The notes under the pieces were generated by a model. It saw only the letters and a program-made list of their open reading frames with translations, had not been told where the DNA came from and made no database searches. From a virus (Duplodnaviria; Heunggongvirae; Uroviricota; Caudoviricetes), in IMG/VR virus record IMGVR_UViG_3300005329_000001: 64,000 nt of DNA; one strand, given 5' to 3'. The translations under genes and the position numbers were made by a program. Below, piece by piece: positions 26,538-35,118 of this stretch (its first letter is position 1; every line of letters begins with the position of its first letter).

Positions 26538-27334
26538 CACTCGTCCTCCCGGCGGTCTGGATGCGGGATGCCGAAGTTGCGGAAGTTGTAGTCGTCCACA
26601 AGCTTTACGGCCCGCAAGAAGTCATGGAACGTCTTGGCCCCCTCTCCTCCCTTTTGGTTGAAGTCGTTCTTCCTCATCAAGTAGCTGGGGTGCAGCGTCG
26701 CGATGAGCGGGTAGGTCAGGTTGCGGCCGAGCAGCCTCCCTGGAACCGGGACGTCGAAGAGCTCACCACGAACTCCAGTGATGGAGATCTTCCTGCCGAG
26801 CAAGCTCTCGACTGCGATGCGGCCTACCGCGATGATGATGACTGGGTCGACGATGTAGATCGTCTCCAGTAACCGCGGCCGGCACGCGGCGACCTCCTTG
26901 GGGGTCGGATCCCGGTTCTCTGGCGGATGGCAGGAGATGACGTTGGTGAAGAAGAACTCTTGGATGAGGAGCTGGCGGAGCTCGTAATCCAGTCGCTGCG
27001 TCCTCTCCGAGCTCGACTCCTTGTTGATCTCGGCCAGCTTCTCCCTGACCTCTGGGCGGGCGCTGACAGAGGCGAGGTACTGATTCAGCAGCATCCCCGA
27101 CTTGCCGACGAAGGGATGACCCTGCTCGTCCTCATTGGCGCCGGGCGCCTCACCAATGATGAGAACCTGACCGCCGAAGCCAATCTGGCGGTTGATGTTA
27201 TGGTCGTAGATCGGGACCTTGTCGAACTGCCCATAGCCGAAGACTACGTTCTTCCTCTCATTGCACAGCAGTGGGCACTTCTGGCAGTTAGACCACTCGT
27301 TGACGAGGGTCTGCAGCCGCTCCAGCTTCTGCAT
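26537..27334 (-). CDS. Family 4 uracil-DNA glycosylase (Fe-S type)
   Basis: CQKCPL, IIGEAPGANED..G.PFVGKSG, FTNVISCHPPENRDP...AACRPRL and LHPSY. Confidence 0.92.
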   Translation of the reverse strand: MQKLERLQTLVNEWSNCQKCPLLCNERKNVVFGYGQFDKVPIYDHNINRQIGFGGQVLIIGEAPGANEDEQGHPFVGKSGMLLNQYLASVSARPEVREKLAEINKESSSERTQRLDYELRQLLIQEFFFTNVISCHPPENRDPTPKEVAACRPRLLETIYIVDPVIIIAVGRIAVESLLGRKISITGVRGELFDVPVPGRLLGRNLTYPLIATLHPSYLMRKNDFNQKGGEGAKTFHDFLRAVKLVDDYNFRNFGIPHPDRREDE

Positions 27335-27341
27335 GACTACC

Positions 27342-28730
27342 TCACGTGAAGTTGGGTGCGTTGAGAACCTGGAACGGATAGCTCCAGCTCCTGAGCTTCG
27401 ACTTCAGCTTCTTGCACATCGCATGGAAGGGCGGGATGTGGACGTCATCGAAGACGATCATCACAGGGTGGCCCTTCTTCAGTTGTGGGTCTCTGGCGCC
27501 GATGCGCCCTTTCGCTTGCTCCAGGTCGTTCTCCGACGAGAACGGCGTGAGAAAGAAAAGCGTGTCAAGCTGCGGGTCGTCCAGACCCTCTACGCCAAGA
27601 CGAGCAATGGCGTAGGTCACCTGGCTGCGCTTCAGTAGTGCAGATCGTTCTTCTTGTGGCGTCTCCTCGATGATGATTGCAGAGCCGGGTGTCTTCTCGT
27701 GTAGTGCCTTGAGTTGCGCTTTCGAGTGAGAGACAGCCAAGATCTTCCGTCCCTCTTTCACAGCCTCCATGATGCAGCGCCAGCGGAACTCGTTGGCCAC
27801 GTCGTCTTTTCCAAGCGCGGAGCGCATCATCGAGACACTGAGCTCTCCCGTCACATCCCTCACCTCACTGTTGCCCTTGCCCAGATCCATTTGCGTTGGG
27901 GTGAGCTGGAAGTAGGTTCTGGGAATCAGGTCTTGCTCTGTGTCTGTGTAGAAGACTGGGCCCAGATGGTAGTGGTAGATGTACTCGAGCCCGTCGAGAC
28001 GCCGCGGTGTCGCGGTTAGCCCAAGACGGTATCCCATGACTGTCGCTGCGGTCTGGGAGAACAGCTTGGCTGCGAGGTGATGAACCTCGTCGTAGATGCC
28101 CACCCCGAAGTGCCGGTCGAAGCCAGGAGGGAGCTTCTTCTCCTTCGCCCGCAGCGCCAACGTATGAATCATGGCGATTACGATTGGCCTCTCCCAGTCA
28201 AGCTCCTTGCCCTGGATGACGCCGATCTTCTCCCCCTTTGGAAGAATAACGTGTTCCTCAATTCGCTCTCTCCACTGTGTAAAGAGATACGAGTTGTGAA
28301 CAACTACCAGTCCTGGACACCCAAGCTCGACTAGACGCTTGAGTGCCAGGACTGTTTTACCCTTGCCGCAGCCGAGGTTGAGGATGCCATTGGGGTTGGC
28401 CTGCATTGCTGCATAGGCCTCGGCTTGCTTCTGATTGCGCAGCTCGATCTTCGTCGACAGCCCACTCTTGGGGAACGATCGGGGCGTCAGATCAACGAAG
28501 GGAAATGGGTAGGACTGGTAGTCGGAGACTTTGAGAAACTCCCGTGGCACGCCGATGTGGTGAGGTGAGTCCTCCCACAGGCGAACGCGCACCGGATCTC
28601 GATCTTCGACATCCCAGAATTCGAGAGTGTCGGTGATCGCCTGCTGCCGGATTCCCCACTTGGGTAGCCACAGCAGGCGATCGATATACGCCTTATCCGG
28701 TGCCCGCACCGGCAGCAGAAGCTTTGACAT
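27342..28730 (-). CDS. Superfamily II DNA helicase (UvsW/XPB-like)
   Basis: LGCGKGKT, DEVHH, GLTATP.R.DG, EGLD and EQAKGRI. Confidence 0.9.
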   Translation of the reverse strand: MSKLLLPVRAPDKAYIDRLLWLPKWGIRQQAITDTLEFWDVEDRDPVRVRLWEDSPHHIGVPREFLKVSDYQSYPFPFVDLTPRSFPKSGLSTKIELRNQKQAEAYAAMQANPNGILNLGCGKGKTVLALKRLVELGCPGLVVVHNSYLFTQWRERIEEHVILPKGEKIGVIQGKELDWERPIVIAMIHTLALRAKEKKLPPGFDRHFGVGIYDEVHHLAAKLFSQTAATVMGYRLGLTATPRRLDGLEYIYHYHLGPVFYTDTEQDLIPRTYFQLTPTQMDLGKGNSEVRDVTGELSVSMMRSALGKDDVANEFRWRCIMEAVKEGRKILAVSHSKAQLKALHEKTPGSAIIIEETPQEERSALLKRSQVTYAIARLGVEGLDDPQLDTLFFLTPFSSENDLEQAKGRIGARDPQLKKGHPVMIVFDDVHIPPFHAMCKKLKSKLRSWSYPFQVLNAPNFT

Positions 28731-28756
28731 TGTCTCCTTCCAGCCCGAAGAAGATC

Positions 28757-29326
28757 CTACGTTGTACCTAAACTAACGGGCCAAGTCCAGTTCGCGAAGA
28801 ACCTCCACAGCTCCTCGAAAATGGCCTTGAGTGCAGACAGGATCACGTTCTTTGCCAGGCGAGATCTCGTTGATTCTCCAGAGTACTGCCACACCCCCGG
28901 GTTGTTGGGATTCGGCCTCTGCAGATACACGATCGGAGCATTCCAGCCGGCCGGAGCGTTCTGCTGATAGGCCAGAGGTGCGTACCCCACAGAAGGTTGC
29001 TGGGGAGCCTGCATCGGCGCTGGCATCGCGGGTCGAGGATAGTTCGTCGGTGGCGGCTGAGGCATTGCCGATCCCGAGTTGTACCCAAACCGCTGTGAGA
29101 AGGTCTGTGGCGGCTGCTGCGGTTGTTGCGGGAACATCGGTAGTGAGTAGCGAGGTTGAGGCAGCATCGACCCTCCCTGCCGCCGGTACGAGTCGAGCAT
29201 CGATCGGTGATTGATCGACTCGGTCCGGCATGTCGTCCTGTCGAACAGGCAGTTCTTGCATTCATCGTCTTCTTCGCCGAATTGCTTCCCCCAGCAATGC
29301 GGTGCTCCGGCTGGTTCGTTGCCCAC
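28757..29326 (-). CDS. Hypothetical protein with N-terminal Cys motif, P/Q-rich middle and C-terminal amphipathic helix
   Basis: SD AAGGAGG before GTG 29326. HCWG...ECKNC...TC; first gene of the minus-strand block. Confidence 0.65.
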   Translation of the reverse strand: MGNEPAGAPHCWGKQFGEEDDECKNCLFDRTTCRTESINHRSMLDSYRRQGGSMLPQPRYSLPMFPQQPQQPPQTFSQRFGYNSGSAMPQPPPTNYPRPAMPAPMQAPQQPSVGYAPLAYQQNAPAGWNAPIVYLQRPNPNNPGVWQYSGESTRSRLAKNVILSALKAIFEELWRFFANWTWPVSLGTT

Positions 29327-29369
29327 TTTGTCCTCCTTCAGTGAAAGAAAATGGCATCCTCTCCAAGCC

Positions 29370-29396
29370 CTTATCCCGGGGATTTGGAGTTTTTGC
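29370..29396 (-). promoter_or_regulatory. Candidate phage promoter GCAAAA-N15-GATAAG driving the replication block
   Basis: Intergenic, about 45 nt upstream of the first gene of the 20 kb minus-strand block. The motif recurs at 35.0, 39.0, 54.3 and 57.4 kb. Confidence 0.6.
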
Positions 29397-29412
29397 ATTC
29401 GGAGGTTTTGCT

Positions 29413-29441
29413 TTGCACCCGACAGTCAGTCCTCGTAGGAT
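29413..29441 (+). promoter_or_regulatory. Sigma70-like promoter TTGCAC-N17-TAGGAT
   Basis: Exact 17-nt spacing; upstream of the head-protein/portal operon. Confidence 0.55.
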
Positions 29442-29473
29442 GAGACCCAGGCTCTCCTCGAGAGGTGTGAAAG

Positions 29474-30892
29474 ATGCGCGGAATCGCAGGCTTCGTGGTG
29501 GATCAGTACGATGATGTTCGAGGCGAGGTGCTGGTCTCGCGATTCCCCACGGCAGAGACAATGCCGGAGTTCGTGAAGACGGCGCATCGCATGACGGCGG
29601 ACGAGAAGGAGACGATGCCGGACGACGCCTTCGCTCTCGTCCTCTTCGACCAGGGCACCAAGATGAAGAAGTTCGCCATGGTCGACAAGGGCAACACTGC
29701 CCTCTCCGTCGTCTACCTGCTCGAGCAGGGGCACCTTCTTCCTCCCGATGCCGTGAAGGTCGCGGCTTCGAACTTGATCGATGCCTGCGAGCACTACGAG
29801 CTCGAGATCCCAGAGAAGCTGAAGGAGGCGGCCAAGAACGGCGTCTCAGGCATTCCTGGGAAGGGCCAGACACCGTACGCTCGAGGAGCGAAGGTCAACA
29901 AGATCCAGTTCAATTCGCCCAAGACGGACAACGGGGCGTATCACGACAACCCAGAGCTCGGCAAGGACGAGGAGGATCACGACCTCAAGTCCCGAGTCAA
30001 CTACGACTCTCCGCAGGGGACGAACTTCATCCAGATCCCCCACTTCTCCACCAAGGAGACCATCAAGGACGACCACGCCGGCTCGACCGACAACATGAAG
30101 CAGGCGATGGTCAAGACCGCTGGCGCCTTCGGTGATGCCCCCGGCCAGGTGGTCGCCAAGCAGAAGGGCTGGCGCGAGGCCCCGCACATGGACATCTCTG
30201 GATGGGATCCTCGCCAGGCCTTCACCAACGTCGAGCCGGAGGCGGTCGAGACGCTCCTCCGAGGTCACTACCCGGTCGATACCTACGACCAGGTGAAGAC
30301 CGCATCGGCCTACTTCGACGAGAACTGGCAGCAGTTCGCAGCGCGCGATCGTCACACCTACTGCGTGAAGCTGGCGCAGAAGCTCGCCTCTCTGGGCCTG
30401 CCGATCTCGGAGGACATCGAGCGGTACGGCTCCACCACCTATGCGGCCGACGTCGACGAGATGACGAATGTCCGTCGCAACCTCGTCCCGGAGGAGTTCC
30501 GCTCGTCTCTCGACATGCTGCTCGAGAAGCGGGCCAGCGTGACGCCGGAGACCTTCGCCGAGGCTCTCAGCGACTTCGACCACATGACCAACCTCCACTT
30601 CCACTGGGGCACCAACCTCATGGACCCGTGGTACACCACCTTCGGCCCATCGAAGGAGAAGCTCGCCTCCGCGACCTGGACTTACGATGAGCTGGGAGCC
30701 AGGACCGACGAGGCCGAGCTCAAGAATCTGGCCATGAACGGCCACCATCTCGTCACCAAGACTTTCGGCGCCAAGTTCGCCGATGAGTTCTCCAAGTCGC
30801 CCAAGGCTTTCTTCGAGGCGCTACCCAAGCCGCAGAAGCTCGTCCTCGCTCGCATGGCGAGTGATCGTCGTTCCGCTACTGGCACGGAGTAA
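29474..30892 (+). CDS. Putative head/core protein with many K-x-A motifs
   Basis: VKTAH, VKVAAS, LKEAAK, VKTAGA, VKTASA, KLAQKLAS, EKRASV and EKLASA. First gene of the portal operon. Confidence 0.6.
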   Translation: MRGIAGFVVDQYDDVRGEVLVSRFPTAETMPEFVKTAHRMTADEKETMPDDAFALVLFDQGTKMKKFAMVDKGNTALSVVYLLEQGHLLPPDAVKVAASNLIDACEHYELEIPEKLKEAAKNGVSGIPGKGQTPYARGAKVNKIQFNSPKTDNGAYHDNPELGKDEEDHDLKSRVNYDSPQGTNFIQIPHFSTKETIKDDHAGSTDNMKQAMVKTAGAFGDAPGQVVAKQKGWREAPHMDISGWDPRQAFTNVEPEAVETLLRGHYPVDTYDQVKTASAYFDENWQQFAARDRHTYCVKLAQKLASLGLPISEDIERYGSTTYAADVDEMTNVRRNLVPEEFRSSLDMLLEKRASVTPETFAEALSDFDHMTNLHFHWGTNLMDPWYTTFGPSKEKLASATWTYDELGARTDEAELKNLAMNGHHLVTKTFGAKFADEFSKSPKAFFEALPKPQKLVLARMASDRRSATGTE

Positions 30893-30895
30893 TCA

Positions 30896-31447
30896 ATGGA
30901 CATCGAGACCTTCAAGGCGTTCGTTCGGCACTCCGCCGAGCGAGACGATGTGCCGGGGGACTATGTCGCCGTGAAGATGGCGGCGATGAAGATGTTCCCC
31001 AAGCTGGCGGCTGGGCTCGACTCGCATGCTCAGCTCGCACAGAGCGTCTACCACAACAACGGAGCCAATGCTCTCGGGCACTTAGCTCAGGCAAACCCGA
31101 CCCATCGGGGAGGGCTGCTTGGAGCCGTGAAGAAGCTGGCGCCCGCCGTTGGTGGAGTTCGGTCATCCGGGACCAACCCGCTTCGGGCCGCGGCTTCGGG
31201 CATCATCCACACCAAGCTGGCGAACCTTGGAGTTGCCGGAGCGGAGCTGGCAGGGCTTGGTGTCCTTGCTCGCCCAAGTGTGAAGGATCTCCGAAACCCA
31301 GCGATGGACCAGACGCACAAGTCACACGCCAAGTACGAACTCGCCGGATTGGGTATACTCGGAGCTCATCCTGCGTACGAGATCGGATCTCACTTCGCTG
31401 GTAAGCTGAGGCCGCTCGCAGCCCAGGCGACTCACATCATCCGCTAG
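30896..31447 (+). CDS. Putative virion internal protein, Ala/Gly/His-rich, with K-x-A motifs
   Basis: VKMAAMK, PKLAAG, TKLANL; hydrophobic GAELAGLGVLA and YELAGLGILGA repeats. Confidence 0.55.
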   Translation: MDIETFKAFVRHSAERDDVPGDYVAVKMAAMKMFPKLAAGLDSHAQLAQSVYHNNGANALGHLAQANPTHRGGLLGAVKKLAPAVGGVRSSGTNPLRAAASGIIHTKLANLGVAGAELAGLGVLARPSVKDLRNPAMDQTHKSHAKYELAGLGILGAHPAYEIGSHFAGKLRPLAAQATHIIR

Positions 31448-31455
31448 GAGAGCTC

Positions 31456-32391
31456 GTGAATAAGAGGCCGGACGAGGCGTTCTTCGAGAGCCTGCAAGAG
31501 ACGAAGAAGCAGAAGATCGCGGCCCCAGTAGGGGCAGTCCTCGACACGTCCGGTGTCTTCTCTCCACCAACACCGGTGTCTTCGAAGAACCTCTTCAGCC
31601 ACCCGGACGCTCATCCGGTTGTCTTGGATATGGCGCTGCTCAAGGTCTTCCAGGTTGAGTGGTTCGACTGGCTGTCCGATACGCTCTTCGCCGAAATCGA
31701 GCGGGAGTTCGATACGCACATCAACGCCGGCAACCGTCTCAAGATCATGGCGGCGAAGACGCTGCATGTGATCGATGCGTTCTGGGACCACTGGGAGGTC
31801 TTCGAGAAAGTCATTGCTGGGCTCAATGGCATCGTGCCGCAGGTGGCCCTTCTGCAGCCGCCCGATCTCGCCGCTCTCTATGCTGGGGTCGATATCGCCA
31901 GCGGCATCCGCCAAGAGACGTACAGCGACGAGGTGAAGCGCTATTGCGCCGCAGTCTTCCTGCATGAAGGCGTGACCTACGCCGCCCCTCCTCTCGACTT
32001 CTGCCAAGAGTACATCTCTCAGCCGATCTATCGCTGCCGCGACTGTGAGCAGACCGGCTCGGCACTTCCGCCGTTCGATGGTCACTGCCCGACCTGCACT
32101 CAGAAGTACGAACAGGACAAGGCCTTCTCCCTCAAGCCCGACCCGGACATGAAGGACAAGACCAAGGGCGTGAACCTCGAGTACCACCTCACCTACGAGT
32201 CTCAGCCGACCAAGAAGCGGTTCGAAGAGCTGAGCAAGCTTCCCGCTGAGCAGGCGGCAGACGCGATCCAGGAGACGGCCGAAGATGTCGAGTCGGCTCG
32301 CCTCATCATCGCCACCGACTTCATGAAGTACCGCTCGATGCAGCTCAAGACCCAGCTCGAGAGCCTCAAGGGCTGGTTGGAGGCATCATGA
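31456..32391 (+). CDS. Hypothetical virion-associated protein with Zn-binding CxxC pairs
   Basis: N-terminal AFFESLQETKKQKIAA; CRDC...CPTC. SD AGGAG before GTG. Confidence 0.6.
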   Translation: MNKRPDEAFFESLQETKKQKIAAPVGAVLDTSGVFSPPTPVSSKNLFSHPDAHPVVLDMALLKVFQVEWFDWLSDTLFAEIEREFDTHINAGNRLKIMAAKTLHVIDAFWDHWEVFEKVIAGLNGIVPQVALLQPPDLAALYAGVDIASGIRQETYSDEVKRYCAAVFLHEGVTYAAPPLDFCQEYISQPIYRCRDCEQTGSALPPFDGHCPTCTQKYEQDKAFSLKPDPDMKDKTKGVNLEYHLTYESQPTKKRFEELSKLPAEQAADAIQETAEDVESARLIIATDFMKYRSMQLKTQLESLKGWLEAS

Positions 32392-32996
32392 TCGACGAGG
32401 TCACCAGAGCAGCCTTCGCTGATGAGCTCGCCAAGATCGCAGGGCTCAAGACTGAGGTTGGCAACGTCATCTCCGCCGGCTGGCACGGCACGCCGCAGAA
32501 TCCTCAGAAGTGGATGGGCGAGGGCCTGAAGATCGCGCCGAAGATGGGACGGCTCGGCAAGGCAATGGAGTACGCGTCTTCTCTCGGCGGCGCGACGAAG
32601 TATCTCCCAGTCGGCGGAAAGTCGATGGCGCTTCTCGGCACCGCGGCTATGGCTCCAATGGCTCTGGCGAAGGAAGACCCGACTGGTCACGGCAAGTCCA
32701 GGTTCGAACGCACTACTGGCCTTGTCGGCAATACTCTCGGCGGTCTGGCGGCCTCCGGTGCGATGATTCGACACGGCATCAAGAACCCCTTCGCTTTGGC
32801 TGCTGGGGGGCTCCTTGGGAGCGTGGGCGGCGAGCGTCTCATCACCTCGCCATTCGCCCTCATCCGGCGCGGCTTCCGTCGTCATCCTCCGGCTGTTCTC
32901 CCGCAGCAATCGAATGATGGCGGCTGGCAGAACACGGCTCCAGGCGGCCTCAATACCACGCCCGACGCAGTCGTCGGCCAAGCACAGGCGATGTAA
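32388..32996 (+). CDS. Glycine-zipper membrane-type virion protein with AFADELAKIA leader
   Basis: N-terminal AAFADELAKIAG followed by three Gly/Ala-rich hydrophobic segments. Confidence 0.6.
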   Translation: MIDEVTRAAFADELAKIAGLKTEVGNVISAGWHGTPQNPQKWMGEGLKIAPKMGRLGKAMEYASSLGGATKYLPVGGKSMALLGTAAMAPMALAKEDPTGHGKSRFERTTGLVGNTLGGLAASGAMIRHGIKNPFALAAGGLLGSVGGERLITSPFALIRRGFRRHPPAVLPQQSNDGGWQNTAPGGLNTTPDAVVGQAQAM

Positions 32997-35045
32997 ATGA
33001 GCGACCTCGGTCTCGCTGGCGGCATTGCCAGATTCGATTCGTTTCACGGTCGCCAAGAGGGCGGCGGAGGCGCTCTTCGTTACCCGTCTCCGTTCTTCGA
33101 CATCGGCCACACGTATCTGCCCACCAGCATCAAGCAGATGTTCCGGTGGTGCCGGTACTACTTCCTCACCAACCCGCTGATCAACGCCGTCACTTACAAG
33201 ATGGCGGAGTACCCGATCACGGACATCATCGTCGACGAGGAAGACTCTGAGCAGCGGGCGAAGTGGATCGAGATGATCGAGCACCAGTTCAAGGTGCGTA
33301 CGGTCGAGATCGAAGCCGGCCTGGACTATTACTGCTACGGCATCGCATTCATTTCGCTGCACTTCCCATTCGACAAGTACCTCGTCTGCCCGCACTGCAA
33401 GACGGAGTACAAGGCCAAGGACAAGCGGACCGAGTTCAAGTTCCGCAACCTCAACTACTTCTTGTCCTGCAAGAAGTGCGAGATGGTCGTCCAGGCCAAG
33501 ATCGTCGACAACTACACGAAGAACTATCGGGACATCAAGGTCATCCGGTGGAACCCGGAGTACGTCACCGCTGAGCACAACGACATCACCGGTGAGACGG
33601 CCTACTTCTTCGACATCCCCATGGCGACGAGGAACGACATCCTCATGGGGAAGCGTCACGTAATCGAGTCGATCCCGGACGTCTACATCGAGTCGCTTCG
33701 CTCCAACAAGAGCCTGCGCCTCACCTCGGACAACATGTTCGTGCTGAAGCGACCAACCATCGCTCAGAAGGACATGGGCTGGGGCATGCCCCTCATCCTG
33801 CCTGTCCTCAAGGACACCTTCTACCTGCAGATCTTGCGGAAGGGGCAGGAGGCGATTGCCCAGCAGCACATCGTTCCGCTCCGCATCCTCTTCCCGCAGG
33901 CTGGTGGCGCCGACGCGAGCCCTTACTCGACGACGGACCTCGGCAATTGGCGCAAGAGGATCGAGCAAGAGCTCGCCAAGCAGCGAGTCGACCCGAACTA
34001 CATCCCCATCATGCCGCTACCGGTGGGCAACGAGACGATCGGAGGCGAGGGCAAGGCACTCATGCTTCACCAGGAGATGCGCGCCTGGTCGGAGCAGATC
34101 GTCGCCGGCATGCACGTTCCCATCGAATTCGTCTTCGGCGGCCTGCAGTACTCTGGCTCCAACGTCTCGATGCGCATGCTCGAGAACCAGTTCCTCGGCT
34201 ACCGCACCAACCTCCTCATCATGGTCCGCGACTTCATTCTCGGGAAGATCGCCGACTACATGGAGTGGAACCGCCCGAAGCTGCACTTCAAGCGCTTCAA
34301 GATGGCGGACGATCTGCAGCGTCTCCAGCTCACCTTCCAGATGAACCAGGCGCAGAAGGTCTCGGACACCACGCTCCTCGACGAGGCCGATCTGGACATC
34401 GTTCAGGAAGAGAAGCACAAGAGCGCCGAGATGGCGAAGCAGATGGACAACCAGCGCAAGCAGATGATGGCCTCCGCCGAGCTCCAAGGCGAGACGCTCC
34501 TTGTCCAGACGCGCTACCAGATCCAGGCCCAGAAGCTCATGCAGGCCGCTGGAATGCCTCCGCCAGACCAAGGCGGTGGTGCCCAGAACCAACAGCTTGG
34601 CGACGCCATGAAGCAGTTCGCCGAGGGCCAGCAATTGGGAGGCCCCGGCGGGCCTGGTGGCGGTGGCGACATGCAGCCCAAGGAAGGTGACGACGCCGCC
34701 CCGGGCTTCCCAGAGGGTGTGAAGGCCTACCCGGAGAAGGGCGGGACCATGCCGAACGAGGGCATCCCGATGGAGATGCAGTCGCCGCTCACCCAGGCGG
34801 CTGGCCAAGGTGCTCTATTCAGTCCGCTCTACCTCGCTCGTCGTGCGGCTACGCACTTCGAGAAGATGGATGAGATGACGAAGAACATCGAGCTCATCAA
34901 GATGAAGGGCAAGAACCCGCAACTCTACGGGCTCACCGTTCAGCTCCTCCAAGACGCGAAGGGCTCTCAGACTGATCCGCTTGACCCCGGTCAGTCGCCC
35001 ATGCCAGACATCAAGCCGCCTCGTCGCAAGAACGCTCTCATCTGA
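32997..35045 (+). CDS. Portal protein with inserted Zn ribbon and low-complexity C-terminal extension
   Basis: WCRYYFLTNPLINAV, LDYYCYGIAF, WGMPLILPVLK and IVAGMHVPIEFVFGG match portal helix patterns. CPHC...CKKC insertion. Confidence 0.75.
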   Translation: MSDLGLAGGIARFDSFHGRQEGGGGALRYPSPFFDIGHTYLPTSIKQMFRWCRYYFLTNPLINAVTYKMAEYPITDIIVDEEDSEQRAKWIEMIEHQFKVRTVEIEAGLDYYCYGIAFISLHFPFDKYLVCPHCKTEYKAKDKRTEFKFRNLNYFLSCKKCEMVVQAKIVDNYTKNYRDIKVIRWNPEYVTAEHNDITGETAYFFDIPMATRNDILMGKRHVIESIPDVYIESLRSNKSLRLTSDNMFVLKRPTIAQKDMGWGMPLILPVLKDTFYLQILRKGQEAIAQQHIVPLRILFPQAGGADASPYSTTDLGNWRKRIEQELAKQRVDPNYIPIMPLPVGNETIGGEGKALMLHQEMRAWSEQIVAGMHVPIEFVFGGLQYSGSNVSMRMLENQFLGYRTNLLIMVRDFILGKIADYMEWNRPKLHFKRFKMADDLQRLQLTFQMNQAQKVSDTTLLDEADLDIVQEEKHKSAEMAKQMDNQRKQMMASAELQGETLLVQTRYQIQAQKLMQAAGMPPPDQGGGAQNQQLGDAMKQFAEGQQLGGPGGPGGGGDMQPKEGDDAAPGFPEGVKAYPEKGGTMPNEGIPMEMQSPLTQAAGQGALFSPLYLARRAATHFEKMDEMTKNIELIKMKGKNPQLYGLTVQLLQDAKGSQTDPLDPGQSPMPDIKPPRRKNALI

Positions 35046-35053
35046 GGCATAAG
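35026..35053 (+). promoter_or_regulatory. Candidate phage promoter GCAAGA-N16-CATAAG upstream of nrdJ
   Basis: Variant of the motif straddling the portal stop codon, 65 nt before the nrdJ start. Confidence 0.45.
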
Positions 35054-35118
35054 CGCGAGCGCTGTGCGTTAGCCAGCATAGAAGGCTTGCGCTCTTTTTT
35101 CACCTTTGGAGGTCGCAC

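Noticed and set aside
11666-28697. Other CTTATC hexamers (11666, 12011, 21706, 23860, 28692) as promoter copies
   Set aside because: They lie inside coding sequence and lack the GCAA-A box 15-16 nt upstream; 12011 has only GCTGAA.
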